NCBI RefSeq assembly: GCF_000143415.4
Contig: NW_003314269.1
Coordinates: 869,246 to 933,245 of the forward strand
Reading direction: 5' to 3'
Length of the DNA stretch: 64,000 nucleotides
Origin: Selaginella moellendorffii
Lineage: Eukaryota > Plantae > Lycopodiophyta
The notes under the pieces: generated by a model
The model's database searches: none
Told to the model about the DNA's origin: nothing
The model's input: the letters and a program-made list of their open reading frames with translations, nothing else
Translations under genes and position numbers: made by a program
In this document: positions 23,073-34,200 of the stretch, piece after piece
Layout of the letters: every line of letters begins with the position of its first letter
Position numbering within the stretch: position 1 is the stretch's first letter

Positions 23073-24138
23073 GAAAATGAATGAAAAAGAAAGAGCAAAA
23101 GAAGAGAAATGACAAAAAGCTGGAAAGAAATGGTAGATCTAGACAATGCAAAAAGCTAAATCTAAACCAAAATTCTGAAAGGAAAGAACAAAAGAAAGGA
23201 AATGGAAAAAGCTAGATCTAGACAATGCAAAAGCTAGATCTAAACCGAAATCCCAAATCCAAGCACTCCCTAGGGACAATCAAAGGTGCCCCTCACCTCC
23301 ACCAATGTGAGTGCATGGAATATGGAAAGGGAATACAGAAATGTGCATATCAATTAGCCCAAAAACCCTAGCTTATATACAGGAGCGAGTGGTCCGGATT
23401 GAAACCAATCCAACGGCTACCAAAATCCACTACGCTAATATTAGTATACGGCATCGTAGCCGTACACTTGGCCCTCACAGCTATATTTATATTATTTAAA
23501 CATTATTGTAGTATTCTTCAAACCTTTTCAACTTTCATTTATATTAACCTTTAAAGATTGATAATTATCTGTTAACTAAATCAAACTATTAAGGGTCATA
23601 TAATTAAAAAATATCATATCGATAAAATTTAAAGGTTTCCTACATAACGGTACTATTCATCAAAACAATATATATTTTGAAAAATATGAATGTGTTAAAC
23701 ACTTATTAAATTATTTAACTAAATATACTATATATCACTCTTTTCAAGGTCTTGGATTACCCCATAAAGGCTATTCAAAACAATTTACATAACTATTATC
23801 TTTAGAATGCATTCATTGCGTTTACATTGAGCTTACCCATTTTAGGTAGTAACAATTTTAGTCAAGCTTTTAATTTATTCTTCCCACTATGCTCTTAGTA
23901 ATTTATATATAATTAATTTTGTATACTTATTTTTTTAAACATATTTTATAATAAACTTATTTGAATATCTCCTTTAAATGATTTTTTGAAATATTTATTT
24001 CATTGTAGATTTAAAATTCTAAATGTCTAGCATACTTAAAAAATAAATATTAAATTAAAAATATAAATTAAATAAATTTCTTTTTAAAAAAATTTACAAT
24101 TATTTATATTAATGAAGAGACTAATATTTATAATAGTA

Positions 24139-26620
24139 TATGAGGCCTAAATATATGGTATGATACTATATTATAATATTAATGTAAAAGGATTTTGATA
24201 GCCATTAGATTAATTTTAATCCAAACCATTCACTCTTTTATATAAATTATAGTTTTTAGGCTAGTCAAATATATATACTTTTGTATTTTATTTTTATATT
24301 CCATGGTTCAAGTTTAATTGTCTTTGAGGAGTGCTTGGATTTATTTTTTTAGTTTAGATCTAGCTTTTGCATCATGTAAGTCTTTCTTATTCTTATAGCA
24401 TTTTTAATTTCTTCTCTTTTGATTTTCTTTTTTTCGTTCATCTTCATAGTAAAACAATAGCCTCTTTTTTTGACTTGGAGCAACAATTGGTGCAATTTCT
24501 CAATACTATTGCAACTAAATAGTTAACCTTAATTAATAATATTATTCACAGCATATGGTGCAACTTTTTTTGCTTTTGCTATCAACTTTCATATCCAGCT
24601 AGAGTTCTTCCTTAGGAATCTTAGATACTATTGGTTCAATCACTTTTATGGTAATTGCCACATATCGTGATAATATCTTCCAAAAATTGCATAATCTTCA
24701 TCAAGGGCATTTGAGTTTATTATGCAATTTAGCATTCACTTTTGAAGCTTGTATAGAGCTAAATATATCAAAGTAGATAAAATTTTATAGCTAATACTCC
24801 ATTAATATCTTGTAAGATTTCTATATACACTTGCTATAACCACCCTTAATAACACTTTTTAATTGGCACAATGCTATGAGACATCACTTCTCCCAATTAT
24901 CAATATTCATACTTTACTTCTACTTCTTATGGGAAATAATTCTATTCTAATGGAGATTGATATTATTATTATTGCCCATGTTCAAGAATAATAGTGAAAA
25001 CATAATCATGGTAATGATGATGTTAAGTAGTTATTTATATATATCAACATTATTGGCATTTTCCAAATTGATATCCTTAATTGTTTTGGTGGAAACTTTG
25101 GCATCAACAACATCTTGTTAGTGTTGATGTAATGGAAGGTTTTAACACTGAGATATTTTTGGGAAACAAAAAGTTACACAAGTAGTGAAGGGTCCTTATA
25201 TAAATATATTAGTGACCTTTTTATCTTTTTTTGGGAGTACTCTCAAAGGGTTTATTTGGCATCAGTTCATTTAGTATTTACTTTTCATACTTGTTTTTAT
25301 AATAAAAAGTCTCTTATTATTTTCTTCATGTTAAATTAGAGTTTATTTTATACTTATTAATTTTTATAGTTATATTCTACGGTTCTTTATAGCAATGGTT
25401 ATACATATGCATATATACAAGATGAAACAGACTTATTTATGAGTATTGGTGATGTTGAGCTTAAGTTTCAATTATTGTGGGTAATGATAAGTCAAATTTG
25501 GCATAGCTAGCAATTGTTGAAACCATATAAACTTTATCTTTAGTATAAATTAATCATGCTAAGTATTACTTTAAAGTTTTTCCCCTTTATCTTATATTTT
25601 TTCATTTTTTTTCCATTCTTCTTACTTCTATTTTACTTTGTCTCTCTACTTCTATCACTTTTGTCTACCCATTAATTTCTATTATATTCTTATTTTACTC
25701 CTCTATTCCCTTTTAAAATTCTTCTAACAGTTTTTATATTGGAGTAATTGACTAACTCAAGAAGGTGTATGCTAATCTCTTCAATTGTGACTTGTCATTT
25801 GGGGCCAAAATTACATTGCATCATCCTATTTCAAATGTATCCAATCAAAGTTTTTATTTAACATTAGTCACCAAAGGAGATTAAAATTTCATATAGTTAC
25901 ATCAAAGAGATGCTAAAGAAAAGTGTTATCAAAAATTCTCAGAGTCCTTAAACATATTAACCTCATGATATGACAAAGCATGGGAGTATTTGATTTTGCT
26001 TTAACTATCATTTATTAAACAAAGTGACTATTCTACATATGTATCTTCTTCCCTACATAACTAATCTTTTGAATCATTTGAAAAGAAATTATTGAATCAC
26101 TAAGTTAAATCTTGCTTCTAGATACTAATAAATATTGATGGCCGAGAAAGATATTCCCAATATTGATTATGTGATTTATATAAATTTTTGTTAATGCTAT
26201 TTAGTTTGAACAATACTTCAATAATTTTTTAGTGGTTGATAGATGATTTTTTTTGTGATATGCTTGAGGTGACTATTGACTTTATCATGCGTGTTTAGAT
26301 CCAAGGATATAACTTATCTTTGGTACTATATTTCACGAACAAAGTGTTGGATCGGCTGAAGGAAGTTGGTTTAAACTTAAAACAATTGAAGTGCATAAAA
26401 AACATAACTTATCTTAGGTATTGCATTTCTCATAAAGGTTTAATAGTTAATTTTAATAAACTTATGGTTATTTTGAAGTTCCTCTTCTAAAGTGTGTGCA
26501 TCAAAGAGTTGTTAATAACTCATTTAATATATCCTAATTATATTTTACTTTTCATTTTGTATGTGAATGTTTTTTTTTTCAATTTTGAGGGTGTTAATGC
26601 AAAAGAGCATAACTGTGTTT
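24139..26620 (+). mobile_element. 5' half (LTR, gag, PR, RT, start of RH) of a hypermutated copy of the same gypsy family, in inverted orientation
   Basis: Collinear with the reverse complement of 23479-20480. Eroded LTR at ~24139-24312, leader gagtgcttggat..tttagatctagcttttgcat, GGGAAAC retained at 25161-25167, RT traces such as aaagtgttggatcggct. Confidence 0.85.
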
Positions 26621-27573
26621 GGTTTGTTCAATTTCAATTTTAAGAGTAAAAATATACCTTACTCAAGGGTATATTAGATTTTAAATTCAAACTTGTGCCA
26701 TTTACTTCTCATTTTTATATTCTATTCCATGCATGCTTAAATACATACACTCTCACATGCTCAGATGGTTAGATGCTAGATCATCAAAGAAATGGTCCAA
26801 AAGTGGAAAAAGATGAGGCATTGTTGTAACGGTCCTTCTACTTTTTGGGTGACTCCTCTGTGAAGCTAGAGCCACCTATTATGCATTAGCAAACATGCCA
26901 CCCTTCATGTTGGATTACAAGAGAATATTTGCCTATGAAGAAAACCATGGTTTCCCAAATATTCTCAATATTCCAGACCAACTCCACCATTCGGGCCCTG
27001 TCCTGGCGGCGCTGGCAATGGCCGAGCGGCCGCGCACTAATTCTAGGAATGCCTGCCTGCCTGCCTGTAAACCAAGAAATAAAAGTCGTGTACGTCGCCT
27101 TCATTCGTCCTCTCTATCGCGATTGGGGCATGTGGCTATTTTCTCAACTAAATAGCTGAGCTACCATACTCTCCCTTTCCATGCCTCCCTCCACCACGAA
27201 AATGCTTCCAAAAGAAGAAAAAGCTCTTTCTCATGACTATAAGTTAAGGGTGGGCTTTCAACAGTATTGGAGTGTAACCGCCTGATGAAGATCAATCTGC
27301 TCATAAATCCTTCATAATTTTGAGCCTCTCACAGTCCTCCCAACCATAAAAGACCATTCATCAATACAGTTTTTAAATGATTCCACACCACTATGTCAGT
27401 CAGAACTAGGAACAAATGCTGATCTTGGAAATACAAGGTGGTCAGTAAGCATTGTTCCTCTCAACCTTGTGAGAACGTTCCCTAAACGCTTCCAGTATCT
27501 TGTTCAGAGTTGACAGCGCTACGTACTAGCAAGGATTTCATTGAAGTTTTTGCTGGAACAAGAAAATGGGCAC

Positions 27574-28983
27574 TTATTGGTTGTGCGGGTGAGTGGAAAG
27601 CGGAGAAATCACATTCTCGCATTCTTTCTCCAGAGCAGCAATGTGTTCCTCGAAGGCAGCTACTGGAGCAGGATCCAGTTTGACTGAAACGTAGAAGCCA
27701 TCAACGTTACCATTGGCATCGAAGGGAAAGAAGGTGATGGCACTGTTCCTGTTGTCGAGCGGGAACTCCACCCTGGCTGGCTTACCCCATCCCAGGTCCA
27801 GTTCCACTGCTTTGGACATGAGACGGGGCCAGGTATTAATCTTAGTCTGGGAATTGCCCGCTACATGCCAGTGATCAGGATGAAGCTCCAGGTAGTCGAT
27901 GGCCGACCTCATGTACTCGTCCGTCAGCATCTTTCGGGCCTCCTGAATACAGAGCACGATGTGGGAAAGTGGGAGCTTGCACATATCTTCCCATGTCATC
28001 TCTGCGACTACACCGAATTGTCCATTTCCACTGAAGTTGCTCCCCAGGGGTGGCTGCAAGATGTTCCTGGTGTCCATGACAAAGTGGAGTTTGAGCAGCG
28101 TCTCGGCTGATGAAGAGCTCTCGAGGGCCCTGGCATGAGCTCGCCACACAAGCGCTGCTAGGGCCTCGAACGAGGAGCAGCGAGAGACGAGGCCGTCGTG
28201 GGTGACGACCTTCTTGAGCTCGTTGAGGCGATGGAAGCTGAAGTGATACGTCTTGCGCGTCTTCCTGGGGGCCTCACGCTGGGACTTCTCCGCTGCGAGG
28301 ATGGAGTCAGGGGTGATGGCGAAACGACTGCCCCCAACGTTGGTGAACTCCCGGTGCTCGAAGTCTACCTTGGGAGGATCCCTGGCCCGGAGTTGGGTCC
28401 GGTCAAAGTTGGGTGCTAGGTAGAGACAATCTCCCCGGCTGATGGACGCGAGGTTGAGCAGGAAGAAAATCCCAGAGGTTGCATCGTCGAGCAAATGATG
28501 GTTGAGGATGGCAATCGCGAAACCGTTGTCCCCGCCGAGGTGAGTCACCTGTACGGTGAGTAGCGGGAGATCTTCCAAGGAGCGAGCTTCAGCAGGCGAG
28601 AGGAAAAGGTCGTCGAAGTCATCTACCGAGGCGTCGTGGATGGAGAGGTGGGAGGTAGCGAATGCAAGGAGACTCCCGGCTGAGTTGCAGTCAATCTCCA
28701 GTCTGTTGGTCACGGGGTTGACGACGAGGCGGCCAGCGTGGCCGGGATAGGCGACCAGCAGCTTGCTCAGAGCTTTGTGGAGGTGCTCCACGACTGCTTG
28801 AGTACCTGGATTGTCACGAAAGAAGAAGAGGTTCCTGCTGAAGTAACCATGCGTCCGGTCGATGTTGCTGAGGAAGATGGTACTGCGATTCAGGGGTTGG
28901 CTTGGGCGAACCACAAAGATCTCACGAACGCTCACTTTGGAGCTCCCTATGCTGGGGGAGACGACGGAAGCAGCCATTGCCAT
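27574..28983 (-). CDS. BAHD acyltransferase (aliphatic feruloyl/hydroxycinnamoyl transferase-like), intronless
   Basis: Intact 469-aa ORF: IFLSNID, AGRL..IDCNSAG, PLLTVQVT, HXXXD as HHLLD, DRTQLRARDPP, SSFEALAALVWRA, TDEYMRSAIDYL, DLGWGKP (DFGWG variant). Confidence 0.93.
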   Translation of the reverse strand: MAMAASVVSPSIGSSKVSVREIFVVRPSQPLNRSTIFLSNIDRTHGYFSRNLFFFRDNPGTQAVVEHLHKALSKLLVAYPGHAGRLVVNPVTNRLEIDCNSAGSLLAFATSHLSIHDASVDDFDDLFLSPAEARSLEDLPLLTVQVTHLGGDNGFAIAILNHHLLDDATSGIFFLLNLASISRGDCLYLAPNFDRTQLRARDPPKVDFEHREFTNVGGSRFAITPDSILAAEKSQREAPRKTRKTYHFSFHRLNELKKVVTHDGLVSRCSSFEALAALVWRAHARALESSSSAETLLKLHFVMDTRNILQPPLGSNFSGNGQFGVVAEMTWEDMCKLPLSHIVLCIQEARKMLTDEYMRSAIDYLELHPDHWHVAGNSQTKINTWPRLMSKAVELDLGWGKPARVEFPLDNRNSAITFFPFDANGNVDGFYVSVKLDPAPVAAFEEHIAALEKECENVISPLSTHPHNQ

Positions 28984-29099
28984 TGCCCCAGCGGCGGGAG
29001 TGCAATTTCAAAAGTAGGTCCTGGTAGTAAAGGTGGTCGCCAGTGCATTTACTTCTTGCAGAGATGACAATGGGAGCCGTGTGGCGTGGCTCTGGCTGG

Positions 29100-30150
29100 C
29101 ATCACGATCGACGCACAAGCTCTCCTCCACCAGCTGCAAGCGTGGAGGATGAATTAATTGATCTTGCCCGACATCCATCCGTTGGGCGATCTCCAGCGCC
29201 GCCGCGAGCGGGCGCCTGCATCGCATTCCACTTCCTGTCCGGCATGGTGTGGAAGACGAGCTCCGCTGCGGCATACGCGACCAAGGATAAGTTTTCTTCC
29301 AGCTTTGATGTTTCAACGCGCTTGAAAGTGCAGCCGTTGACTTCGTTTTCTTTGAGCATCGTGAAGTCATGGTAGGAGTCATTCTAAATTGGAGCGTTCA
29401 TCTTTGATGATAGCTTCCTGATCTTTCATGGACGGCTGCACTATAGATGGATGTATCACTGGAACATGAAAGAATAAGTTGGTTTGAATAAGAAGTAGCG
29501 GCCATGTCTCTCTTGTTGGGTTTGTTTCTACTCGTCTTTCTCACAACATCTCAGCCAAGTCTTTCTCGTTGAACTTCGTCCATACATCGAACGCAATCCT
29601 CCCCACTTCCACGTTCTTCCACTTGCGACAGACGCTCCTACAAACCACAGCGTTCGCTCTCCTGGCCGCTCTCAAAGGCATGCTCTCGAGGACTTTTACG
29701 GCCTCTTCCAGTCGGTCTGCACGGCCGAAGAGATGCTGTAGTGAAGACTCCCTCGAACAATGCCAGAGTCCGGGTCTATTGCCTGGAAAAACTCCCTGCC
29801 TCGTTCAACCAGACAGCCGTGGCTGCAAGCAGTGATGACCGAGACAAACGTGATCGCGTTTGCTCACACGCCATCTTCCCACATCTAGCGAAAGGCTTCG
29901 AACACGCGTTATAGAGTGCATGATATCACTCATAACTCCGCTCTTCCCTTAGAAGTTTACTAGGCACGTCCCAACAACTTGGTCGTCTTCCAGCCCATGC
30001 TTGTAAAGCTCAGCCTGGATCCTTCCAGCTTCACTGGACCCAATGTTCCCACATTTGAAAACTGCTCGAGCGTTCACCACATCTCCATACTTGGCATACA
30101 TGTCCACCAAGCTGCTCCCCAGACATATCTGTGCTCAAGACTTCGCAGCA
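29100..30150 (-). pseudogene. Fragmented PLS/E-class PPR gene remnants
   Basis: Frameshifted pieces such as AAELVFHTMPDRKWNAM and HLFGRADRLEEAVKVLESMP..VCRKWKNVEVGRIAF. Confidence 0.6.
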
Positions 30151-30189
30151 TGAATCTCCATCCCCTTCTAGGCTTTGGATTCTAGTTAG

Positions 30190-31090
30190 CTAGGGGCATG
30201 ATTAAGGTTTCAGTTTTAATCATGTCTCATTCTCCTACCCCGAATGATAGAATTTAGTTATAAATTATGTAAAAGAAACATTACTCAAGCTAACTTTTGA
30301 TCCATCTCTCATTAATGAATGGAAGCAACAAGATTACAAAGCATCAGGAATTATTAGACGAGCACTCTAAGGAAGATGCTGTCAATCAAATTATTGCAAT
30401 TAAAGGTACCAAGATTGATGACAACAATAGTATTGCTAATCACTTTAAAGTAGTTGTTGTTCAAATGGGATTTGATAAGACTTCTAAAGAGATAGTTTAT
30501 CACTTTCTTGGGAGAAAATATCCACTCTAGTTACAAAAGGTTTTGTGTGGTCTCATCTTGGAAAGTGTGTGTTTAAAGAAATTGATTGTGATCATCAATT
30601 TAATGATGCACATCAAGAGTAATAGTCCAAGCAATGTACTAAAGGACCCAATAACAATAAGAAATTCAAATGCAATTATTGTCAGAAGCTTGGATATTTT
30701 GCAAAAGATTGTCACAAAAAGAAGGCTACTCTCAAAGTAAAAGCTAAACAAAAAAGTAAAGAGATTGCATTTATGATGGAGATTGGTAACTACCAAGGGA
30801 AGTCAATTCTTTGGCTTAACTATGTTACACTATGTTACATCACAGCTATTGTCAACTTTATTTTCTTTGAGAAATCATCATGATAAGATGATTTAAACTA
30901 TTAGAACACAAATAGCTTTTGAAAACATTGCTATTACTTACCACACCTTACTTTTTTATGATCAACTTGTGAAATAAGGTTGCATTTTATTATTCAACAA
31001 CAAAGGTTGTTTTATTTTCCAGTATTTGCTATTATTTTCAAGGTTGGATGGTTTTAAGCTGGATTGTAAACTTAAAAGTCCTTCCTCTTC
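30190..31090 (+). mobile_element. Decayed Ty1/copia gag-protease fragment
   Basis: Degenerate knuckle CNYCQKLGYFAKDC at ~30671-30713 and a QLVKxGCILLFNNKGCFI-like segment at ~30960-31015. Confidence 0.55.
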
Positions 31091-31094
31091 TCTA

Positions 31095-31248
31095 TCAAGC
31101 ATTAGATTGTTTCAGATAGTATTTCATGTCTTAATGTTTTGATTAAGGATATGCTATGTTTTCATGAGTGTATCTTCATTTTTATGAGTGTTTATCATCA
31201 CATACAGATGGTTTAATAAAATGGCTCATTTAGACTTTTAAAAGGAAT
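31095..31248 (+). mobile_element. Integrase segment of the hypermutated gypsy copy
   Basis: tttatcatcacatacagatggtttaataaaatggctcatttagacttttaaagga matches YHPQSDGLVERLIRTFKG of the young element. Confidence 0.8.
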
Positions 31249-34200
31249 CCTTATAGGATAAAGGGTAAAAACCACATGTGCTACATTTGGTATTAGAGAA
31301 ATATGTCTTAGCGAGTATTATCCAATGAGATTGGGCAACTAATCTCATTGTATATGCAGAGATGAAAACAATGATCCGAGTGGGTACACATTTGGGTGTT
31401 AAGACTTTGCGTTCGTTCCTTGGATATGGATTTAGTTACCTTGTTGTACCATATTCTGCAAGCTTGAGCTTGGGCTCACAAGAAGGATTGAATTGTTCCG
31501 TTCGCACGAGTTTGAGCTTGGGCTCATGAGTGAAGCACATTAGCAACTCAAAGTTACACTTTGAGTTGGCAGGATTAATGTTAGCCTATTAGTGGTTCCA
31601 TGAGTTGTTCCAGTGGTTCCATAAGTTATTCCATGTATCATAGGTAAAGGCAAACTTTCCTGGGTTTGCTATGAATGGCAAATAGGTTAGTCCGTAGCTA
31701 TTAAACATGGCACTAGTGGATTCTTCTTAGGCATGATTACAAGTGGATCAATCAAGACTATAGAGATGAGTCTATTGATTCAAATAATCACTGCCGTACT
31801 CTCTTATAAACTTTTCTTGAATTAAACTGAAGGTAGTGTAAAAGTAAGCTTGAGGTTTAGTTAAAGTAGAAACCGAAAAGAGAGTCATTAGGGATGGAGG
31901 ATCAAACATGTAAATCATTTTTCTCTTCTTGGAGAGATGATTTGCAATGAGGTGTTAACTCATTGTTCATGTACACATTATGCAATCAAGAGTCCCTACC
32001 TTGATGCATGTTAAAGATGATAGTCTTACAAATGTGAGTTGTGGGATGGATAGTAGTGAAGCGCTAAACTATTTTGTCTAAGCTTGTTATTGGAAAACTT
32101 AGGTTGCAATGCTCAATTCTTTTTTGGGATCTTATTATTGCTCCTTGAGTAGCTTGGTGTTGGATTAGTTTTGAGTTTGGTTGGAAAGAGAGTGGCATGA
32201 GTTTATCTGTGTTGTGAACAAAAGTTGGTGGTGTTGGGTGTTGTAAATCTCTATCAGTGGAGTGTGGTATTTATGCTGTATTTTGTTGAATTGAGTTGGC
32301 ACTTAATATTCACATAAACTTTTGTAGTAGTGACATCATGGTGTTGCTCAATTAATAATCAAGTCATTGTGATATTTATATCATATCCATGTGATAATGA
32401 GCAATGTGTTTATGAAGTTGTTTAGTCAAACGATAATCAACCCCAAAGTGGTTGATAGTGAAGCTAGTCTACTTGCACGTAGTAGCATTGTAGTAGCTTT
32501 GACTGAATTCTCGATGGTGATCCATTATATTAAGCTTAAGTTGGTTTTTTAGTTCTTTGAATTTGTCCATAAGGTGCTGATAAGGGTTATAGCAATCATT
32601 TGTTATGGCTTGTTGGTTTATCTGTTAACACTTGGAGTAAATTATTGGATGGAGAAGGTTGTAGTTGAGGCATTGACATCACTAACATTTGTATTAGTGA
32701 AAGTGACATTGTTAATTCGAATGATGAAGAATTTTCCTTAGACCTTGATGTTTCAAGTCATTTTTCTTGTTAGTGTTTTAGCTTCATATTGAATCTTGAA
32801 AGTGGTTGAAGAAAAGTGTTGGTGTAATGTGGATATCCAAAGATGTGGTCTTTGTGATCAAGCTTTAGATGTTCATTTTTGCATTTTATGGATATCGGTG
32901 TTGGATTTCGGAAAAATGGGCAAAGATGTTTGAAGCTTAAGTATACTATAGGTTATAAGAATTGATGTTAAGGTGAACCTATGTGAAGTTGTAGGTAGGA
33001 GGAAGTTGGTTGAGTCTTGAAAGTTTGTATTCCTATTCTTTCTTTAGGATGGAAAATTTTCCACAAATTTTCACTAACTTTTCCAATGGCTGATCTGTTG
33101 ATCACTTTGCTAAAAAACCATTTCGTTTTCGTAAGCCAGTACAAACTAGTGCAAGGGTTGGAGTTGACTTTGGTTTTCATAAACCTTAGTAAGTAGTTTG
33201 TATGATGTGGTTCAAAAGGGATGCTAACTTTTGAGGCTAAAACAATTGAGTTGGATAGAGTCTGGAGTTGGTGTAGAAAAGTAGCTGTTGCGCTTTTTTA
33301 GGAAAGTGACCCTTCTGCCTTTCTTTTGTAGCGTTATATTTGGTGGTAGGTTACACTTTACATTTTGTTAAAGTCTATGAGAATAGTGAACTCTCACTAA
33401 TCTTGACTTGGTCTTGGTGGCCCTACACCTTGGCTGAGGATGGTGATGTCCAACTTAATTGTTTAATGTCGAGATATTGGTACCCGTACTATAGCTTTGT
33501 CTATGAGAAGGTTGTGTACCGATATAAATCCATCTCATGGTCTTCACTTTAGTTTTGACTAAGTGTTGATTATGCATAACTAGCCTCTTCAAGACATGCT
33601 TAGAGTTAGTGGCTAAATGCATTAATGAGCTTATTGTGGTTGAGTGGGATTTGAGTAGTCATTTAGTTCATGCTTGTTCATGAACCTTTATCTTGTACTT
33701 GAGATATTACGTTCATATTGGATGAGTATATGACTTGATGATATGAGTTTAGTGTTGGGTCTTGTAAAGGCAAGTTGAAGAATGATTGTTGGTTGTTTTG
33801 TAACTAATGATTGCTTGTAGATTTTGTCAAGGACTGTTGATACTTGCTTCACTCGATGAAGATTTATTAATGATAGGCTTGCTTTACCGAATGGTGTTGC
33901 AGAGGATTGTGTCATTACACTTACATAGGTTTTCCATGTTGGCATGTCAATTCTACTTTTGTCAATATCATTTGGTTGCATTTAGTTTATAGTGTTGGAT
34001 TTCATTAAGTTTTGGACGTGGTGATTCACTCCTTGAAGAAGTGTTATCTGTAACTGAGTTTTGCTAAAGGATTGGTCTCAGATATTGAGTAAAGTATCTT
34101 CAACCTTGGTTAGCTTAGTTGCTAAAGAGTTTTGAGTGGTGATTCACTCGTGCTTTCTTCTAGCTTTGTTATAGTGTTGATGGCATTGAAGTGATGCTTT

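Larger units (their letters stand above)
18471..23479 (-). mobile_element. Full-length young Ty3/gypsy LTR retrotransposon without chromodomain
   Basis: 174-bp LTRs (18471-18644, 23306-23479) with TGTGAG...CTCACA ends and 4 transition differences. GCTA flanks both ends. PBS-like TGGTGGAGGTG after the 5' LTR; PPT GAGGGGAGGGGATGA. Domain order gag-PR-RT-RH-INT. Confidence 0.97.
17650..24130 (+). mobile_element. Extremely decayed AT-rich gypsy relic (possibly Tcn1-like), split by the element at 18471-23479
   Basis: Patchy residual similarity by eye to the RT/RH/INT of the element at 54-59 kb (e.g. atgtttgagaaaacctaatgcacta, ctcaaagaaggatggc). No ORFs. Confidence 0.35.

Noticed and set aside
26760-27570. 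Short ORFs downstream of the BAHD gene
   Set aside because: Look like gene scraps, but no family could be assigned.
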